From a virus (lineage: Duplodnaviria; Caudoviricetes), in IMG/VR virus record IMGVR_UViG_3300028909_000001: 64,000 bases of DNA, one strand, 5' to 3'. The position numbers and the translations under genes are program-made. A model generated the notes under the pieces. It did no database searches. It worked only from the letters and a program-made list of their open reading frames with translations, and had not been told where the DNA came from. Numbering within the stretch: position 1 is the first letter of the stretch; every line of letters starts with the position of its first letter. Below are positions 1 through 8,382 of this stretch, piece by piece.

Positions 1-549
1 GTTTTTTATATAATCTAATAAAGAAGGGATAGGGAGAAAATCTTTTTTATCTAACAAGCTCTCAGCAACCTTATCAAATACTTCTGAATTCTTTTCTTCC
101 AAATCTTTAGCTTCAGCATAACTAATACGTCCAGTACGAGGAGGCCAGATCACATTACGCATACTAGGAGCAACAATATCTTTTTGCACATCCTCTTTAC
201 GTTGATTGCTTACACTTCCCATCCCAGTTACATCATCTTTTAAGAATAGTTCTGCAAAATCTTCAGTAAGTGGGTACATTTGTTGATTGTTCTTACTATA
301 TAGTATGTCCAAGTCTTTAATTTTTCCATCAACAAAGAAAGCAGGGACAAACATGATTTGTCCATTATTACTCTTAAATCCAAAAACACCCACAGCTTTG
401 GTATCGTTATCACTCTTTTTAATTAGCTGGAAGCCTACTAAGAATGGTACTAGGTTACTTAGTTTGCCTTGTAACTTATCATATGCAAGAGTAAAGAACG
501 CTTTCTCAAAATCATCCTCAGAACTCGCTAATTTAGTTGAACTATTCAT
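1..549 (-). CDS. Hypothetical protein, truncated by window edge (MNSSTKLASSEDDFEKAFF...), K-x-A motif family
   Basis: Hand translation gives an open frame from ATG 549 to position 1; contains KLAS and KVAE; absent from the ORF track because there is no stop in the window. Confidence 0.8.
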   Translation of the reverse strand, partial: MNSSTKLASSEDDFEKAFFTLAYDKLQGKLSNLVPFLVGFQLIKKSDNDTKAVGVFGFKSNNGQIMFVPAFFVDGKIKDLDILYSKNNQQMYPLTEDFAELFLKDDVTGMGSVSNQRKEDVQKDIVAPSMRNVIWPPRTGRISYAEAKDLEEKNSEVFDKVAESLLDKKDFLPIPSLLDYIKN

Positions 550-633
550 AAATTGAAAGAAGAAGGCTTCTTATATATACTCATCTTCACTTATTATTAT
601 CATATTAGGAAAGTTATAGTTAAGCAATGTCTA

Positions 634-1917
634 TTATACATTAGCTAATTCACTCCTAACTTTATTTTGCATCATTTTATTCTCATTATTCAAGTTGTCT
701 ATGTCTTTATTATGATAATGATTATAAGCACCTATAGCAGCTGTAGGGGCTCCAATAATACCACCAGCTACTAGATATGGTTTTAAAGCTTCCCATCCCG
801 TAGCAGGCTTAGAAGGTGCTACGGGTAAGCCAGGTTTAAAACTATCATTAATATTCTGTCCTATCTGCTTAATCTTTTGAACTGAGTTGGATTTGTCAAA
901 GTTAATATTCTCAGCACCAGCACCTTCAATACCTTCAATAAGATTAGCTGGAGTCTTAAATACATTACTGCCTAATCGTGTTAATGCTTTTGGAAGAGTA
1001 TCAAAGTTACCACTATTATCATTTTGTCTTTCAGCTATAGTCTCTGCACTACCTAATATAGCTGAAGGAATCATTAAACTCTTGACTGGATTCCTAGTAA
1101 TAAAATTGTTTAACAGAGTATTAGGATGATTTACATTCTTTTGTAATATGTTTAGAGGAACTGCATTATCTTTAGCATTACTTATCAGTTCTTGTAATTT
1201 ATCAACTCCAATATTAGATGGTCGGTTTATATATTTTTTAAACAGAGGGTTGTCTACTATTCTATCCAATACTGATGCTTGTTTATGAGTAAGCATCTGT
1301 AATAAAGCATTTGTTCTTTCAGCTTCTTCTTTTCTATGCTTCCTAGTAATGGCATCATAAGCCATAACCGGGCCAGCAGAAAGAGCGGTAGCCCCTAATA
1401 TGCTTTTAACTGGATGATTCGCCATATCTTGCATAGTACTAGAGAATATGCCTTTACCAAATTCCTTGCCTGCCTCATTATAAAGAGGACCCATTTTCTC
1501 ATTAGCCTTGTCTATTAATGCTTCAGCAAATTCATTTCTAGTAGTAGGATTAGTTATATTAGATAGTGAATCCAATACTTTCTGAGCATTAGGATTTTTA
1601 TCTACACTATTTAATACACTATCAGAAGCAGAACCAAGAGCAGGACCAGCACCAGTAGCATTAAGTATTGCACTAGTTAGATGGCCTACTTGTCTACCAG
1701 TCCAAGGAGCACCACCCATTTCTAGATGACCGTGTAAAGCATTATTAATAGTCCTTCCACCTGATTCTAGAGTTGCTGAGGCTAACCCTGCTCCCAAACC
1801 TAGACCGGCAGCACCTTTCAAACCAGCTCTACTATAATCAAATATACGTCCTAATTGAGATAATACGTTAGCTTTCTTATCAATGAAATTAGTCAAAGCT
1901 TTAGTATTGGCATTCAT
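634..1917 (-). CDS. Glycine-zipper, membrane-like K-x-A protein (putative internal virion/ejection protein)
   Basis: ATG 1917 follows the upstream stop directly; KKAN and HKQAS motifs; GAAGLGLGAGLA and GGIIGAPTAAIG hydrophobic segments. Confidence 0.7.
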   Translation of the reverse strand: MNANTKALTNFIDKKANVLSQLGRIFDYSRAGLKGAAGLGLGAGLASATLESGGRTINNALHGHLEMGGAPWTGRQVGHLTSAILNATGAGPALGSASDSVLNSVDKNPNAQKVLDSLSNITNPTTRNEFAEALIDKANEKMGPLYNEAGKEFGKGIFSSTMQDMANHPVKSILGATALSAGPVMAYDAITRKHRKEEAERTNALLQMLTHKQASVLDRIVDNPLFKKYINRPSNIGVDKLQELISNAKDNAVPLNILQKNVNHPNTLLNNFITRNPVKSLMIPSAILGSAETIAERQNDNSGNFDTLPKALTRLGSNVFKTPANLIEGIEGAGAENINFDKSNSVQKIKQIGQNINDSFKPGLPVAPSKPATGWEALKPYLVAGGIIGAPTAAIGAYNHYHNKDIDNLNNENKMMQNKVRSELANV

Positions 1918-1918
1918 A

Positions 1919-4258
1919 TTACTCAAATGATAACTGCTCTTCCAGTTCTTCTGCAAATTTATGGGTCCCAAATCCTTTGGCATATGCAAGCCCTGGTATT
2001 GGAGATGGTCCCTCCAAACTACTAGAAGCTCCAGTATTGACAGCCTTTATTAATCTACGTTCCAGATTAGTACTATATAAGGTATGCATCCAGTCATGTT
2101 CATGTGCTGGGACATCTAATAATCTTTGCATTTCTGGTTCAAATTCAGGTTTTGTCTCATTTACCGTAACATAATCGATATTATGTTTCTTCAACTCATT
2201 AATTACAGTACTGGTGATTCTAGTTCCTATTGTATAGTGTAATTCAGGTATTTCCAAGTATAAACCTTGAGCCATATCAGTTCTGACCTTCTTACTATTA
2301 GTTCTAGGAGAATAGGCTTTCTCCAGTGTATGATAATTTACTATACTGTCTGGCAAGTTATTCCCTAAGCCTTTAGGATTGGTTATTTTAACATGAGTAA
2401 TTAAACCTTTACTTATAATATCAAAATTACGTTTATTTATTCCACCTAATTGACTAGTTTCAAATGTATCTTTAATAGCTTTGGAGAAATACCTTCTACC
2501 TTCTCCAATACCTTTATGCTTTGTTATTTTAGCTGGATTAGGTATACCATCACTTAACACATCACCTTCTTCAACTAGCTGGCCTGATTTAACCAATACT
2601 TTCAAATCTGGGTGTACATAATATTCTTCAAGTTTTCCATTATCATGCTTAATAACTATATAATGACCTCCTTGTGGTGCTACTCTTACTTCTTCTATCT
2701 TACCATCAGAGTCAGCTATTGGGGCTTCATGGACAAATGAATCCGGGATATTAAATAATTGATTGATGTATTTAAAGCCACCAAATTGATTAGAACCAGT
2801 TGCACTACCTCCCTTGTGCTTACTATTATGTACTATTAAGCCATTCGCTAATACAAATAAAGCATCTTTACTATCTACTTCAATATCCCAACATTGTATT
2901 AATCCTAGATACTCTGGTTTATTGTATAGTACTACCCAATAATCATTTGTAGTAACTACATCTATAGTTTCATCAATATCTTTTAGAGGCATTTCTGTTA
3001 ATACATTACTACATTCCAGGGTTTCACAAAGTATCTTATGATTCTCTGTAGCATATAGTTCAATTACTTTATCTTTATTATCTATAAATATATATTTATT
3101 AACAGGTTGTAATCCTTGATTGAATAACCTTAGAACTTTGACTGGAGAGGTTTGACCAGCGTTATCAGAGCCAAGCACCATATCTCCGACCTTTATATCT
3201 TGAATAGCTTTAATAGAATAATCTGCCATTCTTACTAGTGTTCCTTCAGCTAAACAGTTTAACGCCCCTTGTGCTACTGGTTCTGCTGCTGAAGTACCGG
3301 CAACAACTCCAATAAAAGAATTAAGTTCAGACAAGCCTTTACCTCTGATACCCACACATAATTGACAAAGAGCACTAGAAGTTCCATCATGACTAGCTTC
3401 ACAAGTTATAGGATTTCTAACTACAATCTCTTCTATGCCTTTGCTTTTTAGAATACCCAGCATACTAGAGGTAACTTCATTATTATAGTGATATTTGTCT
3501 ATAGGATGAGCTAAGAACGAACCGATGTAATCATTATCATTTGTTTTTACAGGTATTCCATTATGAGTACCACAATCATGTTCTTCTATCACCATTGTCA
3601 TGTTTGCTCTAGCTAATTGCTTGCCTAAAAACCCACCTTCTGCCACTGATAATTTTGTGGCCGCGCTGGCTTGTCTCGCACCAAAAGTATGTGCCAAATA
3701 TTGGGGCAAGGTTAATCCTTCAGCAAAAGATCTATCAATAATAAAATCAGTTAGAATACCGCCTTTATTATCGTTAACGGCTACTGGGGAGAAAATAGTT
3801 TGACGATATTGTTCGGGACTCCCTCTCGCTCCGGCTTTAACTACCTTGGCTAGAGTCTTATTATCTTTAAGGCCTTCTTCTATTATTTCCTTATTTGCAG
3901 TGTCAGAAAACTTGTTGAGCAAATTTGTTAGTTCATCATCTTCTTTCTTTTTAGGTAACTTTTTATCCTTTATGCTCTTAATCTCTTTATTGAGTTCTTT
4001 AAATCTCTCATCTTTAAAGGAGGGTGGAAGCAAGTCACCTAGTCTGACAGTACTACCCAACCTAGTAGCTGATTCAAACCCAAGTCTAGTTAAATCTGAT
4101 ACTACTTTCTTATAACTATCTTCATTATGCTCTGCTAAATTAGAGAAGAAAGCACCTATATTCTTCTTATCCAAATCTTTGCTTTCTATAAATGAATGAG
4201 AGTTAGCAGGAGAGTAATGCTTAAGCAGGATTTTGCCTACTGTTGTTACCTCAGACAT
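1919..4258 (-). CDS. rpoC: Phage RNA polymerase beta' C-terminal subunit with mini-intein
   Basis: TTVGK, AGARGS, SFAEGL, bridge helix GARQASAATKLSVAEGGFLGKQL, HDCGT...CQLCVG zinc site, trigger loop AAEPVAQGALN|SKHKGG. Confidence 0.93.
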   Translation of the reverse strand: MSEVTTVGKILLKHYSPANSHSFIESKDLDKKNIGAFFSNLAEHNEDSYKKVVSDLTRLGFESATRLGSTVRLGDLLPPSFKDERFKELNKEIKSIKDKKLPKKKEDDELTNLLNKFSDTANKEIIEEGLKDNKTLAKVVKAGARGSPEQYRQTIFSPVAVNDNKGGILTDFIIDRSFAEGLTLPQYLAHTFGARQASAATKLSVAEGGFLGKQLARANMTMVIEEHDCGTHNGIPVKTNDNDYIGSFLAHPIDKYHYNNEVTSSMLGILKSKGIEEIVVRNPITCEASHDGTSSALCQLCVGIRGKGLSELNSFIGVVAGTSAAEPVAQGALNCLAEGTLVRMADYSIKAIQDIKVGDMVLGSDNAGQTSPVKVLRLFNQGLQPVNKYIFIDNKDKVIELYATENHKILCETLECSNVLTEMPLKDIDETIDVVTTNDYWVVLYNKPEYLGLIQCWDIEVDSKDALFVLANGLIVHNSKHKGGSATGSNQFGGFKYINQLFNIPDSFVHEAPIADSDGKIEEVRVAPQGGHYIVIKHDNGKLEEYYVHPDLKVLVKSGQLVEEGDVLSDGIPNPAKITKHKGIGEGRRYFSKAIKDTFETSQLGGINKRNFDIISKGLITHVKITNPKGLGNNLPDSIVNYHTLEKAYSPRTNSKKVRTDMAQGLYLEIPELHYTIGTRITSTVINELKKHNIDYVTVNETKPEFEPEMQRLLDVPAHEHDWMHTLYSTNLERRLIKAVNTGASSSLEGPSPIPGLAYAKGFGTHKFAEELEEQLSFE
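2825..3256 (-). mobile_element. Mini-intein (144 aa, no endonuclease) in the beta' trigger loop
   Basis: Starts CLAEGTLV, has block B ATENHKIL, ends LIVHN followed by Ser+1. Confidence 0.93.
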
Positions 4259-4260
4259 AA

Positions 4261-4932
4261 TTAGTGATTGCTATATAGTTCAAATAGAGAAGATTTCTTT
4301 ACTATTTGAAATCTAGCAGGTGTAAGATCTAATACTTTAAGACTGCAAGAAATACCTAATATATCCGCCATAGCTAAGTGATGATGTCCGTCAAGGATAC
4401 TATCATTGAGTAACAATATATACTTATTATTATTCTTGGCTTGAAATTTATCGGCTAAAGCTTTCTTACCTAGTTTAGTCATTTCTTTCTTTATATGAGA
4501 TTTAGCAGATTCGTAGTTATGTATATCTACTTTAGGTAATAGCTCACTAGTTGTCATACCATAAAGTACGAGTTTGGTATCTTTATCAGCTCCAGGAGCA
4601 AATTTTAATACATCTGCTTGAGTATCTTTGGGTAGGCTATTTACTGTAATATCAGCTACATAAGCAGAAGCAACCTTGCCAAATTCAGACTTATTCGGTT
4701 CAGGTTTAGCTATATCAGGCATCCATTTATCAATTTTTTGGTCAACCTCATCTTTAGTACGATTTGTTAGTGGCTGATTCTGTTCCTGGGCATGTAAAGC
4801 TGGTTGTTCGATTTCTTCTGTTTCTTCAGCATTAACTAGCTGGTCTAGTAAGGATGAAGCAGCCTTCTTTACTTTTACATCCTTGGACTCTGCTGACTTT
4901 TCAAGAAATGATTGGATAACATTAAAGTTCAT
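4261..4932 (-). CDS. K-x-A protein with C-terminal ParB/Srx-like motif
   Basis: KSAE, KAAS and KVAS motifs; ILDGHHHL resembles the ParB-N DGHHR motif. Confidence 0.55.
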   Translation of the reverse strand: MNFNVIQSFLEKSAESKDVKVKKAASSLLDQLVNAEETEEIEQPALHAQEQNQPLTNRTKDEVDQKIDKWMPDIAKPEPNKSEFGKVASAYVADITVNSLPKDTQADVLKFAPGADKDTKLVLYGMTTSELLPKVDIHNYESAKSHIKKEMTKLGKKALADKFQAKNNNKYILLLNDSILDGHHHLAMADILGISCSLKVLDLTPARFQIVKKSSLFELYSNH

Positions 4933-4934
4933 TG

Positions 4935-5636
4935 TTAGATTTCTGGATTTCCGCCTGGTTCATCTTCACCATTATCATATTCACTATCTTCTGATTTTCT
5001 ATGCTTGCTATATAGATAAGCCCCTAAACCACCTAAACCTGCAGCGCCCAAACCTAATTCATAAGGAACTTTGTTGTTACTAATATGATTGGATAATACT
5101 TCAAATAAAGATTGGGGAGAAATATCATTCTTATGTAAAGCTTGTTCTGCTCCAGTTATAGCTCCATGTATACTAGGTTTAATAGTAGTATTAGCATTTA
5201 CATTATTAAATACATTACCTAATCCTTGACCAGCATAATGAGCACCTATGCCTCCACCTACTCCAAGTCCGGCAGCAGTACCTAGTCCCATGTCACCAAC
5301 TGATTTACTTTTGAATAGTTTACTCAATACGGATTTGGCATCAATATTAGCTGGTTCTGGTTTACTATTTAATTTAAGTTGATTTCCTCCAAAGCCATCT
5401 AATTTAATCTTATTACTTATAGAACCTAGATTAAGTTTACTAGATGGAAAGTCAGAACTAGAAGGAGCTTTAGGTATAGCTAAATTAGAAACAGCTGCCT
5501 CTGGTATAGAAGCACCAGTAGCCTCAGTAGCACCAGTAACTTCAGGTTTAAGTACATTAGCCAATTCTTCAAATGACTTAATAGGATTTGCAGAAGCTTT
5601 AATAAATCCGTTAATAAATGCGTTATTTAGATTCAT
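4935..5636 (-). CDS. FINGFIKA-leader protein with glycine zippers
   Basis: N-terminus MNLNNAFINGFIKASA; GLGTAAGLGVGGGIG and LGLGAAGLGGLG. Confidence 0.75.
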   Translation of the reverse strand: MNLNNAFINGFIKASANPIKSFEELANVLKPEVTGATEATGASIPEAAVSNLAIPKAPSSSDFPSSKLNLGSISNKIKLDGFGGNQLKLNSKPEPANIDAKSVLSKLFKSKSVGDMGLGTAAGLGVGGGIGAHYAGQGLGNVFNNVNANTTIKPSIHGAITGAEQALHKNDISPQSLFEVLSNHISNNKVPYELGLGAAGLGGLGAYLYSKHRKSEDSEYDNGEDEPGGNPEI

Positions 5637-6286
5637 ATACCTAGACCTTGTTGGGGTTGGGCTGATTGTGCTGGTTGGGTTGGTTGTGCAGGATTACTAC
5701 CATCCATCGGCCCACTACCATAAATACCTCCACCCATCATACCTTGTTGTTGCTGTTGTTGCATCATTTGTTCTTGTTGTTGCTTCTGCTGTTCTTCTCT
5801 CTGCTTCTGTTGCTCTTCCCTATGCATCTTAGCACGTTCATATTGATGCTTTTCTTTTAATTGTTCAGTCTTCAAATGACTCTGTGTTGCCTTCCCGCCA
5901 CTATGTAAATCTAATAGATCAGCTACACTTAATGTAACTGTAGTATCTTTTAACCCTCTAGACTGTTGTTTTGGGGCTAAATCATCACTTTGTCCTGGTT
6001 GTGGCTGACCTCCCTGACTCAGATCTTGCTGAGGTTGACCCTGGCCTTCTTGTTGCATTCCTTGGCCTTGACCCATTTGTTGAGCTAATTGAGCCATCTG
6101 TTGTGGGTCTGGTTGTTGACCTGATCCACCTTGACTTGGTTGTGGAGATTGTGAAGATTGTGGAGGTTGAGGTTGTTGCCCAGGTAAACCTCCTTGTTGT
6201 TGAGCAGCAGTACTATTAGGTGATGGTATAAATGCTTGTTTATGCATCATACTACCTATTTCTTCTAAGATTTGTCTGTAAGTCAT
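5633..6286 (-). CDS. Gln/Gly/Pro-rich low-complexity K-x-A protein
   Basis: HKQAF near N-terminus; long Q-rich tracts around a short ordered core. Confidence 0.75.
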   Translation of the reverse strand: MTYRQILEEIGSMMHKQAFIPSPNSTAAQQQGGLPGQQPQPPQSSQSPQPSQGGSGQQPDPQQMAQLAQQMGQGQGMQQEGQGQPQQDLSQGGQPQPGQSDDLAPKQQSRGLKDTTVTLSVADLLDLHSGGKATQSHLKTEQLKEKHQYERAKMHREEQQKQREEQQKQQQEQMMQQQQQQGMMGGGIYGSGPMDGSNPAQPTQPAQSAQPQQGLGI

Positions 6287-6349
6287 ATTAAAATTGGTAT
6301 TATCTCTATTTCAAAGTTCTATCTATTATGGAGATTGATGGTAGTTATA

Positions 6350-6571
6350 TTAATGATACTTTTGTAATAGTTTCTCACTTTCCCAGGCCACAGCTTCATC
6401 AATAATAAATTCTTCCAAGGATTTTTTAACATTAGCTAATCTACCTTGGTCTATTCTACCCTTTAATTTACTTTTAGGCAAATCAATATCTCTTAGTTGA
6501 GTTAGAGCTTCTATCAACTTATCTAATTTCTGTTGTTCGTTCAATACTAACCATACATCTCTAGTTATCAT
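6350..6571 (-). CDS. Hypothetical protein
   Basis: ATG-started 73-aa ORF filling the operon gap. Confidence 0.6.
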   Translation of the reverse strand: MITRDVWLVLNEQQKLDKLIEALTQLRDIDLPKSKLKGRIDQGRLANVKKSLEEFIIDEAVAWESEKLLQKYH

Positions 6572-6587
6572 ATAAGGTCTTCTTCTT

Positions 6588-8309
6588 TCATTTCTCTATT
6601 TCTATGTTGTCTCCTGGCTCTAAATCACCTCTGTTATATGCAGCAACTACTTCTTGTTCAGTTTTATATTTTTTAGGAGTGTTATGTTTGTTTTCTGTAC
6701 TTAGTCCATAAAGGCCCAAAGCTGCTTCATTACTAGGGATTAATACAGGTTGAAAAGATTTAACAGATAATAAATTTTTGCTAGGCATCATTTTAGCTAT
6801 AACTTCTTTACGTGCTTCTTCAGTGCCTGGAATATGGACATTAAGTTGGTCTCCGTCGGAATTTTTTGTATATCCTCCTATAGTTAAGAAACTTCCGTAG
6901 TTTGGTATTTCCAAATCGTAAGCAGTATTAGATTGTAACTTAGTTACTCTTTTAACTTTCTTCCATTTTAAACTACCATTATACACCTTACCTAAATATG
7001 ATATCCATTGTTCATTATTCTTTAACTCAACTAGAAGTATTTCAATTATTTCTTTTAAAGTGCTTTTACGAAATCTATCTGTTTTAAATTCCTGGCTTAA
7101 TCTATATTTTAAATTATAAAGTTCCTTATTCTTTTGTAATTTATATTTATTATTAATAGCTGTAATTATATTTTTTTTAACAGTTTCTGAAGGAAGTGGT
7201 ACTAAGTCATTAAAGTTATCACCTATACCTGTTATATCTTTTAAGCTATTCTCTAATTTTTCCTTCTTCAACTCATGACTTATTCTAAATTTTGTTCTTT
7301 CAACTAACTTTTTAAATGTCCCAGTATGAAATCTGAAGGAGAAATTATCTTTACTACTCAGCCTAGATGCCCCTTTATATACTCCATAATTTAAATTTAA
7401 CCGTTTACTCATATATCTTAAACCGTTAATTAAATGAATTGATGATGTGCAGATACTTATATTTATAACTGTTTTATTAGAAGAACTGACACTTACTGTT
7501 CCATCAGTTGAGATTAACCCATCTAATATACCTAGTAGATGTTCTTCAGGACCGTTTAAACTAAAAGTAGGTATTTTCTTATTAAAAGCTCCACTCCCTA
7601 TCTGCTCTTTTAACCACTTATTAAACCAGGCACAAGAAGCTCTAGTTTTACCTCTAGAAGTAAATTGCCCCATCATATTCTCACTAACTCTATCTATTTC
7701 TTTAACTCCATTTTCATAAGGAAGATATTCACTATTACATAAATCAGCAAATACTTTTCTATTCATTAATTTTTCTTTGGTAGAACCGGCTAAGAAAAGT
7801 TGATTAGCATTATCTACCCAACCATCACCTAAAACCATTCCTATAAAAAGTCCGGTTTTATAATTAAGTTGCAAGTTAAATGAATTTTTAACAAATCCTT
7901 TTCCTCGTATTCCTTTCATTCCTCTAGTACCCATCATACCTTCAGCTAATACACTTGATTGAATATTGGGTGCTATAGTTGTAACATCACTAGGACAATA
8001 CCTACCTACTGCCTCTTCGGTATCAACTTCTTCAATACCACTATCAGTATAAGCTAATAAACTATGATCTTTGGCTGCAAATATAAAATCCCCATCTATA
8101 AATTGTACCAAATATAAAGGTACATTAGGATGAATCGAGAATGTCTTTGGATTTACCCAATCTACTTCACCAGTTATAAGGTTTAATGATTTTACTTCTA
8201 CATTACTAGGTACATCATAAAGGATATTACCATTTATAGTAGTAGTGGCTGAATTTTCTATTCTAGGGAAATCTGAAATAGGTACTAGTGTATATTTATA
8301 ATTAATCAT
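6588..8309 (-). CDS. rpoC: C-terminal split-intein half with LAGLIDADG endonuclease, fused to beta' middle segment (SDGDQLNVHIP...)
   Basis: Block B AAKDHSLL, LAGLIDADG motifs GMVLGDGW and DGLISTDGT, intein end GGYTKN|S; C-extein matches the DGDQMAVHVP region of bacterial beta'. Confidence 0.9.
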   Translation of the reverse strand: MINYKYTLVPISDFPRIENSATTTINGNILYDVPSNVEVKSLNLITGEVDWVNPKTFSIHPNVPLYLVQFIDGDFIFAAKDHSLLAYTDSGIEEVDTEEAVGRYCPSDVTTIAPNIQSSVLAEGMMGTRGMKGIRGKGFVKNSFNLQLNYKTGLFIGMVLGDGWVDNANQLFLAGSTKEKLMNRKVFADLCNSEYLPYENGVKEIDRVSENMMGQFTSRGKTRASCAWFNKWLKEQIGSGAFNKKIPTFSLNGPEEHLLGILDGLISTDGTVSVSSSNKTVINISICTSSIHLINGLRYMSKRLNLNYGVYKGASRLSSKDNFSFRFHTGTFKKLVERTKFRISHELKKEKLENSLKDITGIGDNFNDLVPLPSETVKKNIITAINNKYKLQKNKELYNLKYRLSQEFKTDRFRKSTLKEIIEILLVELKNNEQWISYLGKVYNGSLKWKKVKRVTKLQSNTAYDLEIPNYGSFLTIGGYTKNSDGDQLNVHIPGTEEARKEVIAKMMPSKNLLSVKSFQPVLIPSNEAALGLYGLSTENKHNTPKKYKTEQEVVAAYNRGDLEPGDNIEIEK

Positions 8310-8382
8310 ATAGACACAATACGGTGACTAGTTGAACTTGTCAATTAATTTTCTCTCTATAAATAATATAATCTACAATACT
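6861..8382 (-). mobile_element. Split intein in the RNAP catalytic motif (IntN 13 aa at 8344-8382; IntC at 6861-8309)
   Basis: Joining the exteins gives YGAD+SDGDQ; IntN SIVDYIIYREKIN is followed by TGA. Confidence 0.85.
8316..8344 (-). promoter_or_regulatory. sigma70-type promoter for a leaderless IntC transcript
   Basis: TTGACA(8344-8339)-N17-TATTGT(8321-8316)-N6-ATG(8309). Confidence 0.75.

Noticed and set aside
8310-8343. Stop-codon reassignment or readthrough explaining the RNAP break
   Set aside because: Reading through TGA gives QVQLVTVLCLYD then TAA, and does not join the downstream frame. TGA and TAG end normal genes elsewhere, so the standard code applies.
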